This document shows positions 17,782 through 25,605 of a stretch of 32,000 nucleotides of DNA, piece after piece; the first letter of the stretch is position 1; the number at the start of each line of letters is the position of its first letter. This DNA comes from Candidatus Nanopusillus sp. (GTDB lineage Archaea; Nanobdellota; Nanobdellia; Nanobdellales; Nanobdellaceae), in assembly GCA_028276785.1 (NCBI GenBank), contig JAPYVP010000002.1, positions 1 through 32,000 of the forward strand. Reading direction: 5' to 3'. Made by a program: the position numbers and the translations under genes. The notes below the pieces were generated by a model. It saw nothing but the letters and a program-made list of their open reading frames with translations. It was not told the origin of the DNA and did not search any database.

Positions 17782-19293
17782 TTTATTATATATTATTTCC
17801 TGATATGAATTAAAGTATTCATCAAAATATTGTTCAAATGTATAATTTATATTATATTTTTTTGCTATTTTATTGTATATATCTATCAATCTTTTTGGAT
17901 AGTTTTTATCAGGAATAGAATTTGTTAATTTATGATATTCAAATATCTTGAAAAATACCTTTTTTCTTTTTATATTTAATTCTATGTTTTCTATATTTTT
18001 TACATTATTTACTTCATATGTTGACTCAAATTTCCCAAAATTAAATCCTGAATATTCAACTGGGTTCATTGCATTCATTAAATAATCTGAAAAATACTTA
18101 TCATATATCAAATTTGGTAAAAACAATCCCAAAGATATGTATGGATTAAATACTGTAGAATTTTTATTATTAAATGGAATATAAACTGCTATATCATTTA
18201 AGTCAAATAAATTAGAAATATATTTTATATCTTTTCCTAATAATGATAACTCCCCATATGCAGCTTTTTCTATTAAATATTTTGCAATATTATAATTTGT
18301 TTCTGAAGATTTATCTAAATCTTTAAAATCAAACAGAGATTTATCTAAATCTCTAATCAATACTTTTCCAATATATACTCCTTCTAAAATTGTTCCTAAA
18401 ATATATCCTAAATATAATGTGTCTAAACCATATCTATTTGACAATTCAATTAAATCTCTTATATATTCCTCATTTAATATTCCTAAAAAAGGTCCTAACA
18501 TATTAAAAGGTTCATATGGATATTCTTTCCTTAAATTATTAACTAAAGGATAAATATAATCATCAAATATTTTCTTATTTTCTTCTTCAGATAGATAAAT
18601 ATTTCTATAATTTAAAATAGGAATTTTATCTGGTATAGATTGATAGAAATTTTTTATTGATTCTTTTTCTCCTTCTATTAATTCTATATCTAATTTTTTA
18701 TTTTCAATTTTATTATCTCCGCCAATTGATAAACCAGATATATTATGATATCTATATAATACAGAGCCAATACCACCTTTTGTAACTTTTATTTTGTTAT
18801 TTTCAAATATAATTAAATTCCCATATATTGTAAATTTTGATCCTAATCCGTTTAATAAAATAATAAAGTCTTTTCCACCATATATATCTTTTAAAGTATT
18901 GTATAATTCTTCTTTTCTTTTATATATATCTTCAGATATATCATTTTCTAGAAATATAACATTATCATTTTCTATGATTAAAAAATATTTTTTATCTAAT
19001 TTTCCATATAAAACTATTATATCATTACCTGTTAATTTAATATATTTACCAAATGAAGATAAATTGATATCTAAAGAACCTGTTATTGGAGACTTATAAA
19101 TAATTAGAGAATTTATATTATCCTTATTTTTTTGATGCCCAACAGAAAATATTGTTAAATTATTTTCGAATGGTTCTTTTTCATATGTTTTATAATCAAA
19201 ATGCAAATCAATTGAATGATCTAATGTTTTTGAATCAGTTAAATAATTTCTTGATTCTTTTTTATATAAATCTATAAACAATACCCTAATCAT
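17767..19293 (-). CDS. Divergent aldehyde:ferredoxin oxidoreductase (AOR)-family homologue lacking all cysteines (probable non-catalytic relic or repurposed protein)
   Basis: Similarity islands to AOR occur in the same order as in AOR. They are N-terminal 'IRVLFIDLYKKESRNY', then 'YKSPITG' (AOR 'TKSPLTG'), 'GNDIIVLYGKLDKKYFLIIEND', 'GGIGSVLYRYHNISGLSIGG' (AOR 'GGVGAVMGSKNLKAI') and 'RYGLDTLYLGYILGTILE' (AOR 'ELGLDTISTGGTLA'). The 508-aa translation contains no Cys. Confidence 0.55.
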   Translation of the reverse strand: MIRVLFIDLYKKESRNYLTDSKTLDHSIDLHFDYKTYEKEPFENNLTIFSVGHQKNKDNINSLIIYKSPITGSLDINLSSFGKYIKLTGNDIIVLYGKLDKKYFLIIENDNVIFLENDISEDIYKRKEELYNTLKDIYGGKDFIILLNGLGSKFTIYGNLIIFENNKIKVTKGGIGSVLYRYHNISGLSIGGDNKIENKKLDIELIEGEKESIKNFYQSIPDKIPILNYRNIYLSEEENKKIFDDYIYPLVNNLRKEYPYEPFNMLGPFLGILNEEYIRDLIELSNRYGLDTLYLGYILGTILEGVYIGKVLIRDLDKSLFDFKDLDKSSETNYNIAKYLIEKAAYGELSLLGKDIKYISNLFDLNDIAVYIPFNNKNSTVFNPYISLGLFLPNLIYDKYFSDYLMNAMNPVEYSGFNFGKFESTYEVNNVKNIENIELNIKRKKVFFKIFEYHKLTNSIPDKNYPKRLIDIYNKIAKKYNINYTFEQYFDEYFNSYQEIIYNKAPVV

Positions 19294-19330
19294 ATAAAAT
19301 AAATAATTCTTCTAAATTATATTAAATTAT

Positions 19331-19413
19331 GGACCCGTGCCCGAGAGGTCAAAGGGGGTCGGTTCAGGTCCGATTGGAGAGATCCTTCCGGGGTTCGAAT
19401 CCCCGCGGGTCCA
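19331..19413 (+). tRNA. tRNA-Leu(CAG): tRNA-Leu (anticodon CAG), class II with long variable arm
   Basis: The sequence is GGACCCGTGCCCGAGAGGTCAAAGGGGGTCGGTTCAGGTCCGATTGGAGAGATCCTTCCGGGGTTCGAATCCCCGCGGGTCCA. It has acceptor GGACCCG/CGGGTCC and anticodon loop TTCAGGT. Confidence 0.92.
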
Positions 19414-19455
19414 TTTGGTGTCTATATCTCCAAAGCCGAGAAAAATCAAATATAA

Positions 19456-20049
19456 TTATTTATTCAATTTACTTTCCTTTAATTTATTTAAAAATTCTGC
19501 AAATTTTTTAGCAGATTCTTCTAATAACCCTTCTTCATTATTTATTACTTCTACTATTGTACCATATTCAAACATAAATACTGTAGTAAAATATATTGTT
19601 AGATTTTGCTGAATTTCAATTCTTTTTAAATTTTCTATATCTCTTCCTCTTATTTGTATATCTCTTAATCTTCTAACAAAAATTTTATCTGGATCAGATA
19701 TTATTACAACAACCCCATCCGGTCTCAAGATTTCTGAATATTCTCTTAACATACCTGGAATATATCCCTCATATGATTCTATTACTAAATGAGTATCTAA
19801 AATTACATCATTCTCTTTTTCCATTTCTTTTATTCTTTTAATAGCTTCTCTTTGTAGTTCTTTTTGTTGTTCAAAAGTTAATTTCTTTCTTATTTCATCT
19901 CTATTATTTATATTGTATTTTTCTTTTGCCAATTCAAACATAATATCTCCTGTATTTACAACTTTAAATTCATATTTTAAATATTTTTTAGCTTCATTAA
20001 TTACTGAAGTTTTTCCAACACCAGGTACTCCTACAACTATTATTATCAT
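19456..20049 (-). CDS. adkA: Adenylate kinase, archaeal type
   Basis: It has the P-loop 'VVGVPGVGKTSV', then 'VILDTHLVIESYEGYIPGM' and 'DPDKIFVRRLRD…RGRD'. This matches the archaeal AdkA layout at 197 aa. Confidence 0.9.
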   Translation of the reverse strand: MIIIVVGVPGVGKTSVINEAKKYLKYEFKVVNTGDIMFELAKEKYNINNRDEIRKKLTFEQQKELQREAIKRIKEMEKENDVILDTHLVIESYEGYIPGMLREYSEILRPDGVVVIISDPDKIFVRRLRDIQIRGRDIENLKRIEIQQNLTIYFTTVFMFEYGTIVEVINNEEGLLEESAKKFAEFLNKLKESKLNK

Positions 20050-20140
20050 AAACTAAATAACTATAAAGAAAAATAAAAATTTTGAAATATTTTGCTAAAG
20101 GACATTCTATACATTAGAATTATAAATAATCTAATTTAAA

Positions 20141-20224
20141 TGCGGCGGAGGGGATTTGAACCCCTGGCGGATCTTATCCAATCGGACCTCAACCGACCCC
20201 CTTTGGCCTCTCGGGCACCGCCGC
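20141..20224 (-). tRNA. tRNA-Leu(GAG): tRNA-Leu (anticodon GAG), class II
   Basis: The reverse complement is GCGGCGGTGCCCGAGAGGCCAAAGGGGGTCGGTTGAGGTCCGATTGGATAAGATCCGCCAGGGGTTCAAATCCCCTCCGCCGCA. It has acceptor GCGGCGG/CCGCCGC and anticodon loop TTGAGGT. Confidence 0.92.
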
Positions 20225-20359
20225 ATATTTTATCTTATATCTTTTTCTAAAATTTTAAAATATAAGAAATTATATTTTACAAAACAAAATAAAGGAAATT
20301 AATAATATTAGTTTTTTTATATTAAATCAATTTTAGGAAGTTTATTAATAATAGTATTA

Positions 20360-20857
20360 TCAACAACAACAACAATTTGAATTTTCTTTAATATTTTTGG
20401 GAATCTTCAATTTTTTAATATCTTTTCCTTTATTCAACCCCAACAAAAATATTAAATTAGCTATAAATAAAATATTACTAATAATTAATAAAAGTTCTCC
20501 AAATTTATGTATATTCAATCCAAACATTGGGGCAAGCGTTCCAACTAGAATTGCAAAAGAACCTGTACTACATCCAACCAAACATGCTTGAAATCCAGCA
20601 AAACCAAATATTGCAGGAATGAATGATATAATACTTCCCTTGTAAAATTTCCTATAATTAATTATCATGAAAGATATTAAGGCAAAATTTAAAGAAAATA
20701 AAACTATATATAAATATGCAAGTATTTTTATATGAACTGGAGCTAATAACAAACCCAAAAATATTGATTTAATATAAAAATATCCAATCACAGAATATAT
20801 TATAATTAATATAATTCCAACTTTACTTTTTATCATATCTCTTAATAAATTATTCAT
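20360..20857 (-). CDS. Small 4-TM membrane protein with intramembrane CxxxC and a C-terminal CCCC tail
   Basis: The protein is 165 aa. The hydrophobic segment contains 'GFAGFQACLVGCSTGSFAIL'. A basic linker 'KGKDIKKLKIPKNIKE' follows, and the protein ends '…NSNCCCC*', encoded by four consecutive TGT codons. I recognise no family. Confidence 0.55.
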   Translation of the reverse strand: MNNLLRDMIKSKVGIILIIIYSVIGYFYIKSIFLGLLLAPVHIKILAYLYIVLFSLNFALISFMIINYRKFYKGSIISFIPAIFGFAGFQACLVGCSTGSFAILVGTLAPMFGLNIHKFGELLLIISNILFIANLIFLLGLNKGKDIKKLKIPKNIKENSNCCCC

Positions 20858-20927
20858 TTATTATAATATCCCAAAATATTTTTTAAATATTTTTTATAAG
20901 TATTTGAAATGAGCGACAATCGGTGTA

Positions 20928-22349
20928 ATTTATATATATAATACATTAACAAAGAAAAAAGAAATATTTGAACCAATAGAATATCCATTTGTAAAAATAT
21001 ATCATTGTGGAATAACACCATATGATACATCACATATAGGTCATTTAAGGTCAGAAATTTCTTTAGATATAATAAGAAGAATATTTAGATATTTTGGATA
21101 TATAGATATAGCAATTAGCAATTTCACAGATATAGATGATAAGATAATAAAAAGGGCGAGAGAATTAAATTTATTAAATGATTGGCAAAAAATACCTGAA
21201 GAATATATAAGATATCATTTAGAACAAATAAAAAGATTAAATAATTTGCCATTTTATATAAATCCCAAAGTTACAACACATATTAATGATATTGTAGATT
21301 TTATAGAAGATCTAATAAATAAAGGCTATGCATATAAAGGAAAATATAGTATATATTATGATATAGATAAATATCCATATTACGGACAGTTATCTGGAAC
21401 AAAAAAAGAACAATGGGAGCAAGAAACAGAGTTTTTAGAAGATAAGAAACACCCATATGATTTTGCATTATGGAAATTTAAAAAAGAAGGTGAACCATAT
21501 TGGAATACGGAAATAGGAGAAGGAAGACCTGGTTGGCATATTGAATGTTCTACAATGTCATCAAAATATCTAGGACCACAATTTGATATACACTCTGGAG
21601 GCCAAGATTTAATATTTCCACATCATGAAAATGAAATTGCACAATCGGAGGCTAGATTTAATACACATCCATGGGTAAAATATTGGTTACATTTTGGATT
21701 TATAAAAATTAAAGGAGAAAAAATGAGTAAAAGCTTGGGAAATATAATACCTGCAAAAGAATTTTTAGATAAATATGGAGAAGATATTACAAGATTTTAT
21801 ATTGGATCTTATCATTATAGAGAACCAATTGATATAAATGAAGAAAGTATAAATCAGACAAAAGAAAATTATAGATATATAAGTTCAACAATTAAAACAA
21901 TAGTAAATGAAATTAATAGTTTAGACAGAACATTTTATTTAGATGATAATAAAATAAAAATATGGAAAGAATTATTAAATTATGAAAGAGAATTTATAAA
22001 CAGTATAAGAGATGATTTTAACACAAGAGAAGCTACTAAAATATTATTAGAAGCAACAAATTATATAAACAAAAATGTTATAGGATCTGAAACATTTACA
22101 TTATACTTTACTTCATATAATTTCTACAATATTGCTTCAAGAATCTATGGATTATGGGATGATATATTTTATGGAAAAGAATATAAAGAAAATCTAACAA
22201 ATATTTTGCTAAATATAATAATAGATATTAGAAACGAATTAAGGAAAAATAAAAATTATGAATTATCTGATAAAATAAGGGAAGAACTTAGAAAGATTGG
22301 TATAGACTTATTAGATCAGGGAAATAAAACAATATACAGATTTATATAA
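20928..22349 (+). CDS. cysS: Cysteinyl-tRNA synthetase; 5' end problematic (no canonical in-frame start; see findings)
   Basis: The ORF track starts at TTG 21246. The same frame is open back to TGA 20910-20912 and encodes the conserved CysRS N-terminus 'IYIYNTLTKKKEIFEP…KIYHCGITPYDTSHIGHLRS', with HIGH at 21033-21044. Downstream it has 'GRPGWHIECS', 'HSGGQDLIFPHHENEIAQSEA' and 'KMSKS'. The start shown is the in-frame ATT at 20928 and is tentative. Confidence 0.85.
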   Translation: MYIYNTLTKKKEIFEPIEYPFVKIYHCGITPYDTSHIGHLRSEISLDIIRRIFRYFGYIDIAISNFTDIDDKIIKRARELNLLNDWQKIPEEYIRYHLEQIKRLNNLPFYINPKVTTHINDIVDFIEDLINKGYAYKGKYSIYYDIDKYPYYGQLSGTKKEQWEQETEFLEDKKHPYDFALWKFKKEGEPYWNTEIGEGRPGWHIECSTMSSKYLGPQFDIHSGGQDLIFPHHENEIAQSEARFNTHPWVKYWLHFGFIKIKGEKMSKSLGNIIPAKEFLDKYGEDITRFYIGSYHYREPIDINEESINQTKENYRYISSTIKTIVNEINSLDRTFYLDDNKIKIWKELLNYEREFINSIRDDFNTREATKILLEATNYINKNVIGSETFTLYFTSYNFYNIASRIYGLWDDIFYGKEYKENLTNILLNIIIDIRNELRKNKNYELSDKIREELRKIGIDLLDQGNKTIYRFI

Positions 22350-22388
22350 AAATCATTATTTTTTAACTTTTTTATTAAAAATAAGTGA

Positions 22389-23588
22389 ATGGATGATATA
22401 ATATATCCTGATTTATCAGTAATAATATTGGGGCATGTTGATCACGGAAAAACAACATTAGCAAAATCTTTGACAGGTAAATGGTTATCAAAACATTCTG
22501 AAGAAATAAAGAGAGGATTAACAATAAAATTGGGATATGCGGATTTTACAATATATAAATGTAATGAACATGGATATTTTACAGAAAAAACATGTCCAAT
22601 ATGTAATAAAGAAAATAAACCTATTAGAAAGATATCTATTGTAGATGCACCTGGTCATGAGAGTTTATTAATGGTAATGTTAACAGGTGCTGCAATTGTT
22701 GATGCTGCTATATTAGTTATTGCTGCAAATGAACCGGTTCCTCAACCACAAACATTAGAACATTTGGTAGCATTTAAATATTTGGGAAATAAACCATTAA
22801 TAATTGTACAAAATAAAATTGATCTAGTAACAAAAGAAGAAGCTATTAAAAATTATCGAGAAATATTAAATTTATTAGATAAACTAAATATTGATAAAAA
22901 TAAAGTAAAAATAATTCCAATATCTGCGATAAATAATGTAAATATAAATTATTTATTAGAAGAATTAGTTAATTTACCAAAACCTGAAAAAGATGAAAAT
23001 TCAGATCCAATATTTTTAATATCCAGATCTTTTGATGTAAATAAACCAGGTACGGATATAGAAAAATTGGTTGGAGGGGTTTTGGGAGGAAGTTTACTGA
23101 AAGGTAAGTTAAAATTAAATGATGAAATAGAAATAAAGCCCGGATTATTTATAAATAATAAATGGATTCCTATAAAGACAAGAATAGTCTCATTAAAACA
23201 AGGTAATTATGATGTAGAAGAAATTTTACCAAGAGGAACTGCTGGAATTGGAACAACTTTAGATCCTTCAGTTACAAAGGATGATACATTAGCGGGTCAA
23301 ATTGCTGGATATGTAAATAAATTACCTCCACAATATGATGAAATAAAAGTAAAATATGATGTAATAAAAGAATTGTTTAATGAAAATGAGAAAATTCAAA
23401 AGGGAGAAACAATAATAGTAGGGATATATAATATAATTTCTGATGGAATTGTAAAAAACATAGAAAAAGAAAACATAATTACTATAAAATTAAATAAACC
23501 TATTCTAGGATACAAAGATGATAAAGTAATAATATTAAAAAATATTAACAAGAGATGGAAAATATTTGCAATTGGTAAATTATTATGA
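22389..23588 (+). CDS. eif2g: Translation initiation factor aIF2 gamma subunit
   Basis: It has G1 'GHVDHGKTTL', the zinc-ribbon insert 'CNEHGYFTEKTCPICN', then 'DAPGHE' and 'QNKIDL'. The protein is 399 aa. Confidence 0.93.
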   Translation: MDDIIYPDLSVIILGHVDHGKTTLAKSLTGKWLSKHSEEIKRGLTIKLGYADFTIYKCNEHGYFTEKTCPICNKENKPIRKISIVDAPGHESLLMVMLTGAAIVDAAILVIAANEPVPQPQTLEHLVAFKYLGNKPLIIVQNKIDLVTKEEAIKNYREILNLLDKLNIDKNKVKIIPISAINNVNINYLLEELVNLPKPEKDENSDPIFLISRSFDVNKPGTDIEKLVGGVLGGSLLKGKLKLNDEIEIKPGLFINNKWIPIKTRIVSLKQGNYDVEEILPRGTAGIGTTLDPSVTKDDTLAGQIAGYVNKLPPQYDEIKVKYDVIKELFNENEKIQKGETIIVGIYNIISDGIVKNIEKENIITIKLNKPILGYKDDKVIILKNINKRWKIFAIGKLL

Positions 23589-23992
23589 AGTATAAGATAT
23601 TAATCGATACAAATATCTTTTTTATCCCATTTTATGATAATTTTGACATAATAAATGAATTAAAAGATTTTCTAATGAAAAATAATATTGAATATGAGGG
23701 GTTTTATACATTAAGAAAAAATATAATTGAAATTGAAAATAAAATAAATAGTTCTAAATCCGAGAAATGGAAAAAAATATATGGTTTAGTATTAGAATAC
23801 ATAAAAAAGAATAATATAAATATTATAGAAACTAATGAAAATTATGAAAAAACAGATAGACTTATAATAAAGACTGCTTTATCTGATAAATTTATTGTAT
23901 GTACTCTAGATAGAAATTTAAGGATAATATTAAAGAAACTACATATACCAGTAATTTTTTATTCAAATAAGAAATTACATATAATATGGTAA
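23585..23992 (+). CDS. PIN-domain ribonuclease, Fcf1/Utp24-like (the conserved archaeal neighbour of aIF2-gamma)
   Basis: The acidic PIN residues sit in 'ILIDTNIFF', 'KTDRLII' and 'VCTLDRNLRIILKKLHIPVIF'. It overlaps aIF2-gamma by 4 nt. The protein is 135 aa. Confidence 0.7.
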   Translation: MKYKILIDTNIFFIPFYDNFDIINELKDFLMKNNIEYEGFYTLRKNIIEIENKINSSKSEKWKKIYGLVLEYIKKNNINIIETNENYEKTDRLIIKTALSDKFIVCTLDRNLRIILKKLHIPVIFYSNKKLHIIW

Positions 23993-24834
23993 CAAATGCA
24001 GGTCCGGAATTTTATGCTGCTAAAGAAAAATATGAAAATGCCAAAACTCCTGAAGAAAAATTAAAATATTTATATGAAATGCTAAAAACCGCTCCAAAAC
24101 ATAAAGGATCCGAACATTTAATTGCATGGATAAATAAAAAAATATCTGAATATGAAAAAATAATTGAAGAAAGTAAATACAAAAAAGGAGGAAAAGGTAT
24201 AAAATTAATAGAGAAATCTGGTGATATTTTAATAAGTATATTAGGAATAGAAAATTCTGGAAAAAGTTATTTTTTAAGGAAATTCACAAATGCAAATGTT
24301 GAAGTGAGTGAAATTCCCTTTTCTACAATAAACCCAGCAATTGGCACCATATTTTATAATTGTGTATATTATCAATTTGTTGAAATTCCATCTACATTTG
24401 AAAGAAAATTTAGATCAATTTTATCTCTATCAGATTATTATATATTAATATTAGACGAAAAAAGAAGTATAAAAGAGCAATTAGAAAAAATAAATAAATT
24501 TTCTGAAGGAATAATTGAATTTAGTACAATTCCAAATAATAAATATAAAATAATATATAATAAATTTGATGATTTTAAAGATATAAATTTGCAGGAAATA
24601 TTAGAAAATATAATTAAAGATTTAAATTTAATAAGGATAAAACCAATAGATTCGGATCATTGTGTAATATTAAATAAAGATTCTACTATAAAAGATTTCA
24701 TTGAAAAGATAAACAAAAAATGGATAGAAAAATTTAGATATGCAAAAATAATTAGAGGGAATAAAATTATAAGGGCTGGATTAAATTATAAATTAGAAGA
24801 TAAGGATATTGTTGAACTAAAATTAAAAATATAA
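23986..24834 (+). CDS. DRG/Rbg-family GTPase-like protein with TGS domain, shortened and with degenerate G3 motif
   Basis: The N-terminal helical region contains 'TAPKHKGSEHLIAWINKKISEYEK'. It has G1 'GIENSGKS', G2 'PFSTINPAIG' and G4 'NKFD'. The C-terminal TGS is 'DSTIKDFIEKINKKWIEKFRYAKIIRG…LEDKDIVEL'. The expected DxPG is 'EIPS'. It is 282 aa, against roughly 360-370 aa for typical DRG proteins as I recall. Confidence 0.65.
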   Translation: MVTNAGPEFYAAKEKYENAKTPEEKLKYLYEMLKTAPKHKGSEHLIAWINKKISEYEKIIEESKYKKGGKGIKLIEKSGDILISILGIENSGKSYFLRKFTNANVEVSEIPFSTINPAIGTIFYNCVYYQFVEIPSTFERKFRSILSLSDYYILILDEKRSIKEQLEKINKFSEGIIEFSTIPNNKYKIIYNKFDDFKDINLQEILENIIKDLNLIRIKPIDSDHCVILNKDSTIKDFIEKINKKWIEKFRYAKIIRGNKIIRAGLNYKLEDKDIVELKLKI

Positions 24835-25095
24835 TTATTCCTTTTTTTCAAGCTTTTTCCTTAATTCTATTATATCCTTTCTAGTATATTCTATTAATAT
24901 TGCAATTACAGATAGCCACAATACCGACAACCATGTAAATAAAGCTGCTATAACCATAGCAGCTGAACCTTGCAGTACAACAGGCAATTCTATACTCTTA
25001 AATAATAGGAGATATCCCAATATCATATTAATGAAAAATCCTACCAGCAATATTATCTCTAACAAATTTGGCATTTTGTAATCAAAGCCAACCAT
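24835..25095 (-). CDS. Small membrane protein (86 aa, 2-3 TM)
   Basis: It has two or three hydrophobic helices followed by a basic tail 'RKDIIELRKKLEKKE'. It fills the gap exactly between neighbouring genes. Confidence 0.5.
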   Translation of the reverse strand: MVGFDYKMPNLLEIILLVGFFINMILGYLLLFKSIELPVVLQGSAAMVIAALFTWLSVLWLSVIAILIEYTRKDIIELRKKLEKKE

Positions 25096-25131
25096 TAATA
25101 ATTTTTAAATTAAATATTTATATATATTTCT

Positions 25132-25605
25132 ATGAGAAGTTTAGATAAAAAATCAAGAAAAAAATTAATTGAAATATTAAAAAATGATTATAAAATAGAA
25201 TGCGAAAAATTAAAAGATGAAAACATTTTTTTAGACGAAGAAAATAATATTTATATATATAATAATATTCCAATAGCATTTATAAAAGATGAAAAAATAT
25301 ATCCAACATTATTTCTAATAAATGATTGTGAAACAAATATGAATTATGTCAAGATAAATATTGGAGCAAAAGAAAAAGTATTAAATGGTGCTGATGTGTT
25401 TAGACCGGGAATAATTGAATTTTCAGATTTTAAAAAAGATGAAATAATACTCATAATATCTGAAGATAATAAATTATTAGCAATTGGAAAAGCATTATAT
25501 GATAGTAATGACGCTATTAAAATGGAAAAAGGAAAAATAGTTGAAAACATACATTATTATGGGGATAAAATAACGAAATATTATTTAAATAAAATTAAAA
25601 ATTGA
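25132..25605 (+). CDS. PUA-domain RNA-binding protein (Tma20/MCT-1-like)
   Basis: The C-terminal sequence 'VLNGADVFRPGIIEFSDFKKDEIILIISEDNKLLAIGKALYDSNDAIKMEKGKIVENIH' is a typical PUA domain. The protein is 157 aa. Confidence 0.75.
   Translation: MRSLDKKSRKKLIEILKNDYKIECEKLKDENIFLDEENNIYIYNNIPIAFIKDEKIYPTLFLINDCETNMNYVKINIGAKEKVLNGADVFRPGIIEFSDFKKDEIILIISEDNKLLAIGKALYDSNDAIKMEKGKIVENIHYYGDKITKYYLNKIKN

Noticed and set aside
20233-20267. An 8-bp inverted repeat, tcttatat…atataaga, with an AAAATTTT centre, upstream of tRNA-Leu(GAG).
   Set aside because: It is AT-only, short and expected by chance in this composition. It lies where the tRNA's TATA/BRE promoter should be, so a separate structured element is not supported.
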